Below, in pieces: positions 10,779 through 22,357 of a stretch of DNA of 64,000 nucleotides. The notes under the pieces are model-generated. The model was not told where the DNA came from. It was given only the letters and a program-made list of their open reading frames with translations, and ran no database searches. Numbering within the stretch: the stretch's first letter is position 1; every line of letters begins with the position of its first letter. The translations under genes were made by a program, and so were the position numbers. The DNA is from an uncultured Clostridium sp. (GTDB lineage: Bacteria > Bacillota > Clostridia > TANB77 > CAG-508), in the NCBI GenBank assembly GCA_900554565.1, contig USHX01000001.1:15997-79996 (forward strand), given 5' to 3'.

Positions 10779-12305
10779 TTATCTATCTTTTTCATTTTCC
10801 ATATATACTCTTCTTTTTAATTCTTTATTTACAATATTTAACAATTGTTCTGTATCTAAATTCATCTCTTTAGATACTCTATCAATAACTTGTTTTTTAT
10901 CCATACCATCTTCCAAATATTCATACATCTTGTCTATACAAGTATTTGCTATATAATTTTCTTCTCTTTGTAACTTTTCACTTACATATTTAGAAACATT
11001 GACACTACTGTCTTTAATTTCTCTTTTTATAATATTTTCTTTTCCAGTTTTGTTCCTTGCCTTTATTTCTGTGTCTATGCTCTGATTTTTTATTGTTTCA
11101 TAATATTTTCGTATCAATACTTTTTTAGCTTCATTCTCAATTTCAGATTTTAAGACCTTTTCTATAGCATCTTTTGTTTTTATATTTTTTTCTATATATG
11201 AAAATCTATTTAATATAATATCCATAGTGTCATCTTCTACATCTTGTCCATATTGTTTGTTTTTAATCTTAGCTTTTAATTGTTTTATAATATATCTACC
11301 ATACTTTTCTACAAATTTATTACTAAGTTTACTTTTTCCAACATATAGTTTTCCTTTTTTGTCTAATACTTTTTGGTATTCTTCAATAGATGTTTCGAAA
11401 GCAATACTCAAAAATTTATTCAAGCTCACGCCTGTTTGCTCACATATTTTATTTATTGTTTCTCTAGAATATACTTCTGCATTATTTTCCACTAAGTATT
11501 TTACTTCATCTTCCCTATTTTTATAAGATTGCATATCCATAGATTTTTTATTTGTCTTTTCTTTTCTATTTAGTACTTCGGGAGTATCTTTACTTTTTGA
11601 GACTTCTAACTTTTCTTTTTTCTCTTTTTCTTTATCCCAATGCTTAAATATGCGCACATTTTTTCCTAGTGTTTTCATATTAGAAAAATTTGAACTACTA
11701 CTTATTTTTAATATTTTAGCAAAATCTGTCTCTTTTGGAACTAAGTTTTTATATTCACTATGAATTTCTTTAAATTCTTGATAATCTATAAGCTTGTTTC
11801 TATAACCCTTTCTTAATAATTCTTTTTGAATTTTTTCAATTGTCTCTTCTTCCAGCTCTTTTTTTAATATTGTTGCTCTTTTTTCTTTGTTTTTCATATT
11901 TAAATATGTTGAATAACTAATATCTAATATTTCTGCAAAAGTTTTTTCTTCTAGTCCAATAGTTTCTAGGTTCATGTCCTTTTTTATCTTTTTATACAAT
12001 TTTTGAAATTCATTATAATTAACAGCTATGTTACTATATCCATCATGAGATACTATTTCTATTATTTTTTCTTTTTCTTCTTGATTTAGTTCCCTTTTTT
12101 GTCCTTTTAAAATTATTGCTTTTGTTTTATCATTTTTTATATGAAAATAATTGGTACGGCTTATTTCTAATATTTCAGCAAAAGTAATATCAGAATAATA
12201 TTTTTTATATGGCTCATATAGTTTTAAAAATTCATTATAATCTATTTTCTTGCCTGCATATTTCTTTTCTATTAGTTTGTATACTATTTCATCTTTAAAA
12301 ATCAT
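10779..12305 (-). CDS. Hypothetical protein with three tandem ~60-aa XRE-like HTH repeats and a C-terminal charged/coiled region
   Basis: Internal repeats: IDYNEFLKLYEPYKK..ITFAEILEISRTNYFHIKNDKTKAIILK / VNYNEFQKLYKKIKK..TFAEILDISYSTYLNMKNKEKRATILK / IDYQEFKEIHSEYKN..DFAKILKISSSSNFSNMK. Confidence 0.5.
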   Translation of the reverse strand: MIFKDEIVYKLIEKKYAGKKIDYNEFLKLYEPYKKYYSDITFAEILEISRTNYFHIKNDKTKAIILKGQKRELNQEEKEKIIEIVSHDGYSNIAVNYNEFQKLYKKIKKDMNLETIGLEEKTFAEILDISYSTYLNMKNKEKRATILKKELEEETIEKIQKELLRKGYRNKLIDYQEFKEIHSEYKNLVPKETDFAKILKISSSSNFSNMKTLGKNVRIFKHWDKEKEKKEKLEVSKSKDTPEVLNRKEKTNKKSMDMQSYKNREDEVKYLVENNAEVYSRETINKICEQTGVSLNKFLSIAFETSIEEYQKVLDKKGKLYVGKSKLSNKFVEKYGRYIIKQLKAKIKNKQYGQDVEDDTMDIILNRFSYIEKNIKTKDAIEKVLKSEIENEAKKVLIRKYYETIKNQSIDTEIKARNKTGKENIIKREIKDSSVNVSKYVSEKLQREENYIANTCIDKMYEYLEDGMDKKQVIDRVSKEMNLDTEQLLNIVNKELKRRVYMENEKDR

Positions 12306-12335
12306 ATTCTTTTACACACCTTTCATAAAGCTATA

Positions 12336-13382
12336 TTATCTTTTCTCTGCTTCTTCTGGCATTTTCTCATATAAAGGTACTATAAAGTTTAGATTTGTGT
12401 CAGTTGAATTAGAATTATCATAAATTTTTCTCATATTTGATGCTTCTGATGTAGCTGCAAGTAGGTTTTGCATATATTGATTTGTATATAATTTTCCATC
12501 TTGTTTTACTACATCGAACTTTTGTAAATACAAAGTATTTTGCCCTTTATTTATATATCCTTCTTTTACAAATTCAACTCCACCTAAAAGACCTTTTTCC
12601 AAAGTATCCCATCCTTGTTCATATGCATATTTGGCAGCGTTTTCTATTATTTCGCTTTGAGAATTTCCACTTGCTTTTATGTTAAATGGATTATATACTG
12701 TTTTTTCTTCATATTCATAACCTTGTGATAAAACCGTTCCTTTTTTTCCTTGTTCTTGAATTAGTCTAGCTGTTATAAAATATGGGTCTACTCCTGCTTT
12801 TTCTCCCGCTTTTATCAATATTTTGGCTGTTTCATCCCCACTTAAAAAGGTATCTTCAGTTATTGTTTTTATACCATTTTCTGTTTGTGCTCCATCTGTG
12901 TATTTTAATTCTAAAAACTGAAAAATTTCATCATCTTTCAAAATATTTCTTGGATCCATTTCATATTTTATAGCTTTGTCTGATGCACATAGCCATGTTC
13001 CATTATCAAAAGTTTTGTCTTTATCAATTTCACATTTCCAATCATCTGGATATTTTGAAGAATCTGGGATTAAATTTAACGGATATTTTACATTATCTTT
13101 GTGTCCTTCATTTACTATTACATCATCCCATTCCAATTTTGTATAAAATAGCGTAAATGTCCAATTTGGATGTTCTTCTTTTAGTTTATCTATTTGTTCT
13201 TTATATCCTGGATATTTCTTCTCATTTATGTTTTTCCCATTATAGGCTACATATTTTGGCTTTTCACTTTCTTTTACTATTAATGTAACAGAAACAATTA
13301 TTATAATTAAAATAGCAATTAATATGCTTATAATTTTTACTTGTTTTATATGACTTTTTAAAAAATCTAATATTTTTTCCAT
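12336..13382 (-). CDS. Membrane-anchored N-acetylglucosaminidase (GH73 / mannosyl-glycoprotein endo-beta-N-acetylglucosaminidase family)
   Basis: RBS AAGGAAGG before MEKILDFLK. N-terminal TM anchor. C-terminal DPYFITARLIQEQG...YNPFNI glucosaminidase signature. Confidence 0.6.
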   Translation of the reverse strand: MEKILDFLKSHIKQVKIISILIAILIIIIVSVTLIVKESEKPKYVAYNGKNINEKKYPGYKEQIDKLKEEHPNWTFTLFYTKLEWDDVIVNEGHKDNVKYPLNLIPDSSKYPDDWKCEIDKDKTFDNGTWLCASDKAIKYEMDPRNILKDDEIFQFLELKYTDGAQTENGIKTITEDTFLSGDETAKILIKAGEKAGVDPYFITARLIQEQGKKGTVLSQGYEYEEKTVYNPFNIKASGNSQSEIIENAAKYAYEQGWDTLEKGLLGGVEFVKEGYINKGQNTLYLQKFDVVKQDGKLYTNQYMQNLLAATSEASNMRKIYDNSNSTDTNLNFIVPLYEKMPEEAEKR

Positions 13383-13461
13383 CGTACCTTCCTTTATTAT
13401 TAAAATCAAGTACCTAAAAAGCCTATTTTATTTAGCTTTCTAAGTACTTTTATATTATTGG

Positions 13462-15192
13462 TTATTTTGTTTTAATCTTAAGTATCCGAAGTTCTTCCCA
13501 TACATTATAGGCTAAGTTTAATCTAAATAGTAATGTTGGTTTTGCCCCAGCTCTGTTTTTATCAACTACACATGCATAATATCTAACATCTGGGTCATCA
13601 TGTTTTTTTAAGTCAAAGAATTTTGTATCAACTTCATTTAGAGAATATTCATAATTTTGTAATGTATCTCTATTAATTTGTTTTATTAAGCATAATGTAT
13701 CTAAAACTTCTTTTACTGTTCTACTAACTGCCAAATCATTTACATTTAAGTTAACCGGAAGTGTTGAACTTTCTGTTAATTGAAGTGTAGAACATATGTA
13801 TATATTAAAGTTTTGAGCTAAGTTTGAAAGTATAGTTGCTGTTTTCTTTAGTTCTTCCCCTATTCCTATATTAGCTGTATCTGTTTTTAATGTATCATAA
13901 AATACATATTCTATTTGTTCCTTGTAGTAATAGTTCATTATTACCTTTTTTAGTTCATCATTTGTGTGATCTGTTATGTTTATAAAGTAAATTGAGTTTG
14001 CTATTTCTTTATTTGCCCATTCTGTAACCGCAATAGTTTTTCTAAATTCTTCTGACTCTTCTGTTAGTCTTTTCACAAAATCTCCTTGTTTTTCTTCTGG
14101 TTTTCTTATTATAAATCCATCTTCATCAACTTTTGTTTTTTTAGGGTCATCTGCTCTGAATTTAAATTCTAGTAATTCTCCTTCTGTTTTTGATAGTTCT
14201 TGTCCATGTAGTTTTTGTATTTCTTTGTTATTTATTATTGTTGTTATCAAACATAATCTCATTTTTTCTTCTGACATTTCATTTGATATAATTAATACTT
14301 TCTTTTTATGTACTAATGCCACATGTGCTGCTATATCTATTGTGAATCTACTTTTACCTGAGTTTGATGGCATTGCATATGCCATTGTTTCTCCTTTTCT
14401 TATTCCTTTAAATACACTTGTTAATATTGGAAATGGTAATGGTAATCCATTTCTTAAGTTGTTATCTCCTCTTTCAAGGAAACTTGTTAAATTTGTATTT
14501 AATATTGCTCTTTTAAACTTCTCAGTATCATTTACTTGAACAATTGCGCTTTCTACTTCTTCAACAGACATTTGGTCATATAAATCATATTTTGTTATTT
14601 CTACAACTTTTTCTTGTATATTTTTTATAGGAATTGCTAAATAGCTTTTTCTTAAGGCAAATATTTTTTTTAGTTCTATATAGATTTTTTCCATATTATA
14701 TCTTTTGCCTTGTACTGCTAATTTTAGTTTACCTTTTAATTTATACACTTCTTCTGAATCTTTTGAAAAGTTAAATCCTGCTTTTGCTATTTCTGGTGTA
14801 TATGCTCCACCTTCTGTGAATAATACACTTTTATATATATTTAATATTTCTGGATCTTCAAAATAACAATCTTGAAATAGAAAATAGAATTTTACTATTT
14901 GTTTTGGGTCATTTAATAATAGTCCCATATATGTATGTTCTAATGGGATATTGCTTAGTTCTGCTGGGTATATACTTTTATTTTTTTCTTCTTTTTCTTC
15001 TCTTGCTTTTACTACTTTTTCTGCTGCCTTTGGTTGTTTCATTGTACTTAGTTTTTCCAACTTTCTTAATGCTTGTATGTAGTCTTTGTTTAATAAGTCT
15101 TGTTTTGTTTCTTCTATTAACATTGCGTTTTCTTTTGTTATTGGTATGTTGTTTATCATTTGGTATATTTGTTCTATTTTATCTTGTTCCAT
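13462..15192 (-). CDS. Divergent DnaB-family (replicative-type) helicase, 576 aa
   Basis: C-terminal RecA-like domain with Walker A AMPSNSGKSRFTIDIAAHVALVHKKKVLIISNEMSEEKM (compare DnaB ARPSMGKT...FSLEMS), TLQLTES (compare SQLNR) and VDKNRAGAKPTLLF (compare AKNRNGPTG). The N-terminal ~250 aa is not a canonical DnaB N-domain. Confidence 0.55.
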   Translation of the reverse strand: MEQDKIEQIYQMINNIPITKENAMLIEETKQDLLNKDYIQALRKLEKLSTMKQPKAAEKVVKAREEKEEKNKSIYPAELSNIPLEHTYMGLLLNDPKQIVKFYFLFQDCYFEDPEILNIYKSVLFTEGGAYTPEIAKAGFNFSKDSEEVYKLKGKLKLAVQGKRYNMEKIYIELKKIFALRKSYLAIPIKNIQEKVVEITKYDLYDQMSVEEVESAIVQVNDTEKFKRAILNTNLTSFLERGDNNLRNGLPLPFPILTSVFKGIRKGETMAYAMPSNSGKSRFTIDIAAHVALVHKKKVLIISNEMSEEKMRLCLITTIINNKEIQKLHGQELSKTEGELLEFKFRADDPKKTKVDEDGFIIRKPEEKQGDFVKRLTEESEEFRKTIAVTEWANKEIANSIYFINITDHTNDELKKVIMNYYYKEQIEYVFYDTLKTDTANIGIGEELKKTATILSNLAQNFNIYICSTLQLTESSTLPVNLNVNDLAVSRTVKEVLDTLCLIKQINRDTLQNYEYSLNEVDTKFFDLKKHDDPDVRYYACVVDKNRAGAKPTLLFRLNLAYNVWEELRILKIKTK

Positions 15193-15335
15193 AGTTTTTT
15201 CTCCTATTTATCTTTTCTTTTTGTTTTCTTTCATATTATATAATGAAACTAGCCTATTTACAATAGATTTTTTTAGAATTTTATGATATTATTATTTGGT
15301 ACTAATTATTAACTTTAGAAAAGGAGAATTTAATT

Positions 15336-17010
15336 ATGGCCTTTGATGGAATCGTAACAAAAGCAATCGCATCAGAATTACAACAACTATCTGGTGCAAG
15401 AATAGATAAAATATTTCAACCTACATCTAATAACATAGTTTTAGGTTTTTATTTAAATGGTACAAACTATGCATTAAATATATGTACAGACTCTGCCAAT
15501 TATAGAATAAATTTAACAACGCACACCAAGCCTAATCCAAAAGTTGCGCCTAATTTTTGTATGGTTTTGCGTAAACATCTTATTGGGTTACACATAAAAA
15601 ATATTATAACCTCAAATTTAGAAAGGATTGTAACTATTGAGTTTGAAGGTCTTGATGAAATTGATGATTTAATATCCAAAAAACTTATAATAGAGCTTAT
15701 GGGTAAACATTGCAATATTATATTATTAGATGATGAAAATATAATAATAGATAGTTTGAGACATATAAACAAAGAAAATTCAAGACATATAGTTATTCCA
15801 CATATAAAATATACATACCCAGAAATTTCAAAACAAAACTTTTTAGAATGTACTAGCTTTGCTGATTTTTCTAGCAAAGTTTCTGATGTAACTTCTATAC
15901 CAAATGTATTTAATCGGAATAAGTAAATTTCAAGTAGAGTCTCTGCATTCTAATAATTTAGAAGATGCATATTTAAAATTGAAAAAACTTGTAAACAATA
16001 CAGACTCATTAAATTTAAAGTTTGAAACTTCTGATAAAAATTATTATTTGGTTGCTAGTCCAAATAATAAATCATTCTCTTTGAACTTTTTTATAGATGA
16101 TTTTTATTTTGAAAAAGAATCAAATGAAGAACTAAAGACTTTTAGAAATAGTGTTTTAAAACTAATTTTAGCTACTCTTAAAAAATATAAAACTAGATTA
16201 AAAAATATTAATGAAAAATTAGAAGCTTGTAATAATATGGATACTTATAGATTATATGGTGAATTAATTACAGCTAATCTATATAGAATTCCTAACAGAA
16301 ATTCAAGTGAAATTGAACTAGAAAATTATTATGATAATAATAATTTGATAACAATTCCTTTAGATAGCAAGTATCTCCCTAGTATTAATGCTAAAAGATA
16401 TTTTAAGAAATACAACAAGCTAAAAAATGCTTTAGAAATTGTTGGCAAACAAAAAGAAGATACTATTAATGAGTTAAACTATATAGAAAGTATTGTTTAT
16501 GAATTAGAAGCGGCTAACTCTATTGATGAAATATCAGAAATATTTGAAGAAATTTCTGAAAATGTTATTTTTGAAAATCAAACTAACAAATACAAAAATA
16601 AAAAGAATAAAAAATCAAAAGTAAAAAAATCTTCACTTACAAAAAATAAAAATGTACAATTTAATCCACATAAATACTCTATTGATGGCTTTACTTTTCT
16701 TGTTGGTAGAAATAATAAAGAAAATGATTATTTGACTATAAAATATGCAAAAAAATCAGATTTATGGTTTCATACAAAAGATGTTCATGGAAGTCATGGT
16801 ATTTTAGTTTTGAATGGCAATGTACCAAGTCAAGAAATTTTGGTTAAGTGTGCACAGATTGTTGCTTATAATAGTAAAGCTCGACTTTCTTCTAATGTTC
16901 CAGTCGACTTTTGTGAAGTTAGATATGTGAAAAAGCCTAATGGCTCTAAACCTGGTATGGTTATTTATACTAACAATTCTACATTATATGTAACACCTAA
17001 TAATAAATAA
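15336..17010 (+). pseudogene. rqcH: Ribosome quality-control protein RqcH / fibronectin-binding protein FbpA (NFACT family), split by a frameshift
   Basis: ORF1 (15336..15926) is MAFDGIVTKAIASELQQLSGARIDKIFQP..., the NFACT N-terminus. ORF2 (15904..17010) carries the central coiled-coil and the C-terminal NFACT-R/DUF814 (FLVGRNNKENDYLT...HTKDVHGSH). The junction reads ttt aat C gga ata agt. Deleting c15915 gives ...PNVFNGISKFQVESLH, which aligns to B. subtilis RqcH HFSGVSPLFAKEAVH. Confidence 0.8.
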
Positions 17011-17051
17011 TAAAAGACTTATAGTGTTTTTACTATAAGCCTTTTTGTTAT

Positions 17052-17519
17052 TTACCAAAACATGATTAATGTAAATACTGTTGCTGTTAATATTTCTGCT
17101 TTACTCCATTCTGATGTAATAAGTTTTATTTCTTCTCCTTGTTTACTATCAACAATTGAAATTTTATATGATGTAATGTCTTTTAATTCAAAATATGCAC
17201 TAAAGTCTTGTGTTTTAGTTGCTTCAGTTGTGTTTATTTCTATATATTTTCTACCTGCCATTACATTTCTTTTTGAATAAAATTCTATTTGCACATATTT
17301 TCCTGTTAGGTAATCTTGTTCAGAATTTTTTATTATACCTTTTATCTTTCCATTTACCAATGTTGATTCAGCTTCTACTATTTCAACTTCTTTTGTGTCA
17401 TCTAATCTTTTAATGTCTTTATATGAAGAGTTTAAGCCTACATTAATTAAGAATTCTGATAGCACAAAAAATAATATTATCCATATTGCATATTTAAAAA
17501 ATGTTTTCATTCTATTCAT
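17052..17519 (-). CDS. Hypothetical membrane protein
   Basis: RBS GGGAGA before MNRMKTFFKYAIWIILFFVL. N- and C-terminal hydrophobic segments. Confidence 0.45.
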   Translation of the reverse strand: MNRMKTFFKYAIWIILFFVLSEFLINVGLNSSYKDIKRLDDTKEVEIVEAESTLVNGKIKGIIKNSEQDYLTGKYVQIEFYSKRNVMAGRKYIEINTTEATKTQDFSAYFELKDITSYKISIVDSKQGEEIKLITSEWSKAEILTATVFTLIMFW

Positions 17520-17659
17520 TTTTATTCTCCCATTTTTGTTTTTTACTATTATATCAGTATTTTTCATATATTACAAGAGTTACATTTGATTTTTTATGTA
17601 AATCGTAGTATAATTAAGATGTATGGAAAAATCCTCAGTAGAAGAAAGAAGGTATGATT

Positions 17660-18010
17660 ATGGCAACGGCAACAAAGGATTTAACTACTAAAGTTTTAAG
17701 AAAGGATTTTCAAAGAAAGGCTACTATAGAAACTATAATTGTTACTGGTAGTCAAGATGATGAAATATGTGATTTTACCAAAAATTTCAAAATTTATTTT
17801 TGTAGTAAAATAGATAAGAAAGTGATAGAAGCTGTAACAAGATTTCTACAAAAGATGTTGGTAGATCTCCACTTATCTTGGGATAAGTTAGATTACATAT
17901 TTCCCGATTTAGATATATTCTCTGAATTGGTTTTTGAAAGAAAAAAAATAGATGAAGATGATAATTATATTATCATTTACATCTACCCAAAGAATATTAA
18001 ACTTCTTTAA
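17660..18010 (+). CDS. Hypothetical protein (~116 aa)
   Basis: RBS AAGAAGG upstream of MATATKDLTTKVLRK. No recognised motif. Confidence 0.4.
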   Translation: MATATKDLTTKVLRKDFQRKATIETIIVTGSQDDEICDFTKNFKIYFCSKIDKKVIEAVTRFLQKMLVDLHLSWDKLDYIFPDLDIFSELVFERKKIDEDDNYIIIYIYPKNIKLL

Positions 18011-18036
18011 AGAAGCAAGCGTACTACTTGCTCCTT

Positions 18037-21000
18037 TTATATTTTTAAACTTTTTCCTAAATATACTGAATAAATATATTTCTTTGATACCTTCTTTTTG
18101 GTCGCAAACTCTAAAGCTCTTTGATAAAGTTCTAACTGTTTCTTATATTTTTTAATCAATTCATTTTCATTGCCTTTTTCAACATAATCAGTTTTATAAT
18201 CAACCAAAACAAGTTCATCATTCTCATTTATATAATACAAATCTATAATTCCTTGTACCAAAATTTCGCTTTCAGTATCTTCTTCATAAATTTCACTTGC
18301 AGGAATATTAATATAAAATGGCCTTTCTTTATATAATTCTTTTGTGTTTTTACATTCTTCATAAATTTCTGATTTAGTAAACTCAAGTATTTTATATGGA
18401 TTAATATTTTCTAATTCTTTTGAGCTTATAATTTCTTTATCACATAGAGCTTGTAAAAATTTCTTTACTTTATCTAAATCATATTCTTGATTATAATCTA
18501 ATTTTTGCAAACACAAATGTATTAAAGTTCCTTTTTGCGCTCCTGTTAGTTTTTCTTTTTTTTCTTCATTTATAAATGCTGGCTCTGGCAACTCTATTGT
18601 TTCATCTTTTCCAATTACGCCTTCTTTTTCTAATTTCATTTGTTTTAAGTTGGTAACAGATGTTTTTGTAGGAATTGTTGTTTCTAGTTGATATCTATAT
18701 TTTTGATTCATTTCTTTTTCTAGTTTTTCTAAGTCCGATTTTTCAGTAGCCCTGCCCTCAAAGACTTTTAAGACATCAACTTCTTCCCTATTTTCTTTTT
18801 TGGTTTCTTCTAAAATGTTTTTCTTTGAATGCACTTTCAAATCAATCTTTTGTGCATTTTCTTTTTCATATTCATATACTAACATTATCCAATCCAAGTA
18901 TCTTTTATATTTTTTTACTAAAATAGGATTTATTTTATTTGAATTTTTTTCATATCGTTCTGCTTGCTCTGAAATTTTTTGATGTTCTTTTTCATAATCA
19001 TTTGAAATTCCTGTTATTATTAGTTTTTCTTTTGCCCTTGTTAGAGCAACATATAATACTCTCATTTCTTCTGACAAGGTTTCTATATGCATTTTGTTTC
19101 TTATCGCTGCTTTAGATAGTGTATCATATTGAATTTGTTTATCATAATCTATGTATTTCACACCTATTCCCATTTCTTGATGTAATAATACATTTTGATT
19201 TAGGTCCATCAAATTAAATTGTTTTCCAGTACTTGATAAAAATACTACAGGGAACTCTAATCCTTTGCTTTTATGAATACTCATAATTCTTATAACATTG
19301 TCATTTTCACCTATTAGCTTAGCAGCTCCCATATCTCCACTGCTAAGTTTTAGCTTGTCTATGAAGTTTATAAAATTGTATAATCCTTTAAAATTTGAAC
19401 TTTCATATTGTTTTGCTTTCTGAAAAAGCATTTTTAGGTTTGCTTGTCTTAATTCTCCATTTGTCATTAAACCAACATAATTATAAAATCCTGTATCACT
19501 ATAAAGTTTCCAAATAAATTCATCTAAAGCCAAATATTCTTGTTCTTCTCTCCAACCTTCTAATTTTTCTAAGAAGTTTTGTATCTTCGTTTTTAGATTT
19601 TGTTCAACTCCAATTATTGATTTTTGCATACATGTATAAAAATCTTCATATGGTGAAGCCAACCTTATTTGAACTAGTTCATCATCTGTAAATCCTCCTA
19701 TAAATGACCTTAGTACTGTAACTAGTGGAATATCTTGTATTGGATTATCTATAATTTTTAATAAACACATTATTGTTTGAATTTCTATTGAGTCTAAATA
19801 TTCTTGTGAACTATCTGAGAATACTGGCATTTCTAAGTTTAGTATTTCTTGTTCATATATAGGTGCAGTATTTGCTGTTGACCTTAATAAAACTACTATA
19901 TCTTTATATTCTATATCTCTATATTTTTCTTTTTTTCTATCCCAAACAGGAAATTTGATTTCAATTAGTTTTTTTATTTTGTTTGCCACAAATCTTGCTT
20001 CAAGTTCTATATTTTCAACTCTTTCTTCTTCCAGCTCTTCTTGTTCTGTTTCTTCTATTTCATCTTGTTCTTTCAAATCTATAATGTTTATCTCTGTATC
20101 TAAATTTTGCCCAATATCTGAATAGCTTGCACCTAAATTTAAGTATTCATCTTGGTTATATTCTATATCTCCTAAAATATTACTCATAATATCTTGGAAA
20201 ATTAGATTTGTAAAATCAAGTACATTTTCTCTACTTCTGAAGTTCTTAAATAATTGAATTTTCAAGTTGTCATCTTTGGCTTTTGTTTCCTTGTTTTTAT
20301 ATGTATTATACTTATCTAAAAATAACTCTGGCATTGCTTGTCTAAATTTGTATATGCTTTGTTTTACATCTCCAACCATAAATATGTTGTTATTTCTTGA
20401 TACTGCCTTTAAAATATATTCTTGTACCAAATTGCTATCTTGATATTCATCTATCGCTATTTCCTCATATTTTTCTTGATATCTTTTGGCTACTTGTGAT
20501 GGTTTTATTTCTCCATTTTCTTCTTTTAATAAAATTTCAAGTGCAAAATGTTCTATGTCTGTAAAGTCTACTATATTTTTATCTCTTTTTCTTTTTGAAA
20601 ATTCTTTTCCAAACTCTAAAATAATTTCTTCTAGTTTTACCAATATTTCATACATATCATAAATGTCTTGGTTAGCTTGTTTTGAGTCACAAAATAGTAT
20701 TTTGTCTAATACTTTGGTTAGCTTTTTCTTTACATCATCTCTTATTATTTTTGCCTCATCTTTTTTTGGTGATTCTACTTTTTGTCTTGGCCATGTAACA
20801 AATTTGAAATCCTGATTTATGGTATATGCCTTATCCCAGCTATGTAAATTATTTTTTAGTCCTTGCATCATGTCTATATCATTTCTGATTGTTTGGTAAA
20901 ATTTTTCTAATTCACTATCATAACTCAATTGTCTTGCTACTTCTTCTAAAGAGGTTATTCCATCTATAAGCCCTTCATCTACTTCTTTTAGTAGCTCTTC

Positions 21001-21650
21001 TCCCCATTTAGTTTTTGCAAAGTCTTCTTCTAACTTTCCTTGTAAATTGAACATTTCTATTTTTTCATTTAACCATTTTTCCGGAAATGGACTGCTTCCT
21101 ATATATGTATAGATTTTTAATATTAAATCTTTTAGTGGTGTATCATCTCTATAACTTGTGTATGTATTTATTAGTTTAGTAAAATTTTCATTTTCTTCTT
21201 CATATTTCTTTTCAAAAATGTCTTCTATTACTTCTTGTTTTAGCAGTTCTATTTCTGTTGTATCCGCAATTCTGAAGTTTGGAGATATGTTCTCCAATTC
21301 GTAAAAGTTATTTCTTACTACTTCTAAGCAAAATGAGTCTATTGTGCAAATACTGGCTTTATTAAGTAATGTTATTTGCCTTTGTAAATGCTCATTTCCT
21401 AAATCTTCATCTAACTTTTTGTATATTGCATCTAAAACTCTTTCTCTCATTTCAGATGCTGCAGCATTTGTGAATGTTACAACTAATAATTTGTCTATGT
21501 CTATTTTTTCATTTATTATTTTGTTTATTATTCTTTCTACTAGTACTGCTGTTTTTCCACTTCCGCGCCGCAGCTGCTACTAATATGTTTGAGCCTTTTT
21601 CATATATTGCATCTTGTTGTTCTTTTGTCCATTTTACTTCGCTCATTTTA
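18037..21650 (-). pseudogene. addA: AddA-like ATP-dependent helicase/nuclease (UvrD-family helicase plus C-terminal PD-(D/E)xK nuclease), frameshifted in Walker A
   Basis: The ATG at 21650 gives MSEVKWTKEQQDAIYEKGSNILVAAAARKWKNSS* (stop). The 1137-aa ORF in the other frame continues upstream as ...TAVLVERIINKIINEKIDIDKLLVVTFTNAAASEMRERV. Coding strand reads gcg gcg C gga agt gga aaa aca. Removing the C gives VAAAAGSGKTAVLVER. The extra plus-strand base is g21565. The C-terminus carries the nuclease motif LVLVDYKTD. Confidence 0.8.
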
Positions 21651-21725
21651 GCTCTCCTTTTTTATTTTTTTCTTTTGATATTTTATCATTTTATACTCTT
21701 AAATGTCAAAAAAAAGAAAGGAAAA

Positions 21726-22271
21726 TTAATTTCCTTTGCTTTGTTCTAAGGCTTCCAATCTTTTCATTAAGAATTTTTGCTTTACTTTTCCATCAATAAT
21801 ATCTGGATACATTTCCTTTAAAAGTTTAAAAACTTTTTTAACTTTTGTAGATTTAATTCCAGATATACCAAAGTTGTAACTCATATAATCAAATTTTGGA
21901 TATAACGCTTCTAGCGCTAAGATCATATTCCCAATTCCTACATATGAAATAAACTTTACTTGATATCCTTTTAAAACTTCAATAATTTCATCTTGTAACG
22001 ACTTTGAAAATTTTTCAAAAAAAGATATATCTGTAGTACTCAAAGAATGGTCGCCTATTAGCTTTGTTTCTTCTTCAACTGCATATTCATTTTTATTTAG
22101 TACTAAATATATTAGCCACATTCTTGCTAGTAACCTATTTTGTGGTTCTGGCTTTTGTAATTTTACAATTGTTCTATATACTGCCTTTGAAACTTCCAAA
22201 TTTTCCTTTCTTTCTTTTTCCACTTTTGCATTTGTTTTAACTTTTGCTGTCATGTTTTTAACTGTCACCAT
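21726..22271 (-). CDS. Hypothetical protein (181 aa)
   Basis: ORF with hairpin terminator downstream (21690-21725). No recognised motif. Confidence 0.4.
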   Translation of the reverse strand: MVTVKNMTAKVKTNAKVEKERKENLEVSKAVYRTIVKLQKPEPQNRLLARMWLIYLVLNKNEYAVEEETKLIGDHSLSTTDISFFEKFSKSLQDEIIEVLKGYQVKFISYVGIGNMILALEALYPKFDYMSYNFGISGIKSTKVKKVFKLLKEMYPDIIDGKVKQKFLMKRLEALEQSKGN

Positions 22272-22357
22272 ACTGTTCTGGCGACTCTCCCTTCTGCATC
22301 TAATGCATATATATTATAACAAATTTTGCAGAAAAAGTCAAGTTATGTAAAGTGACT

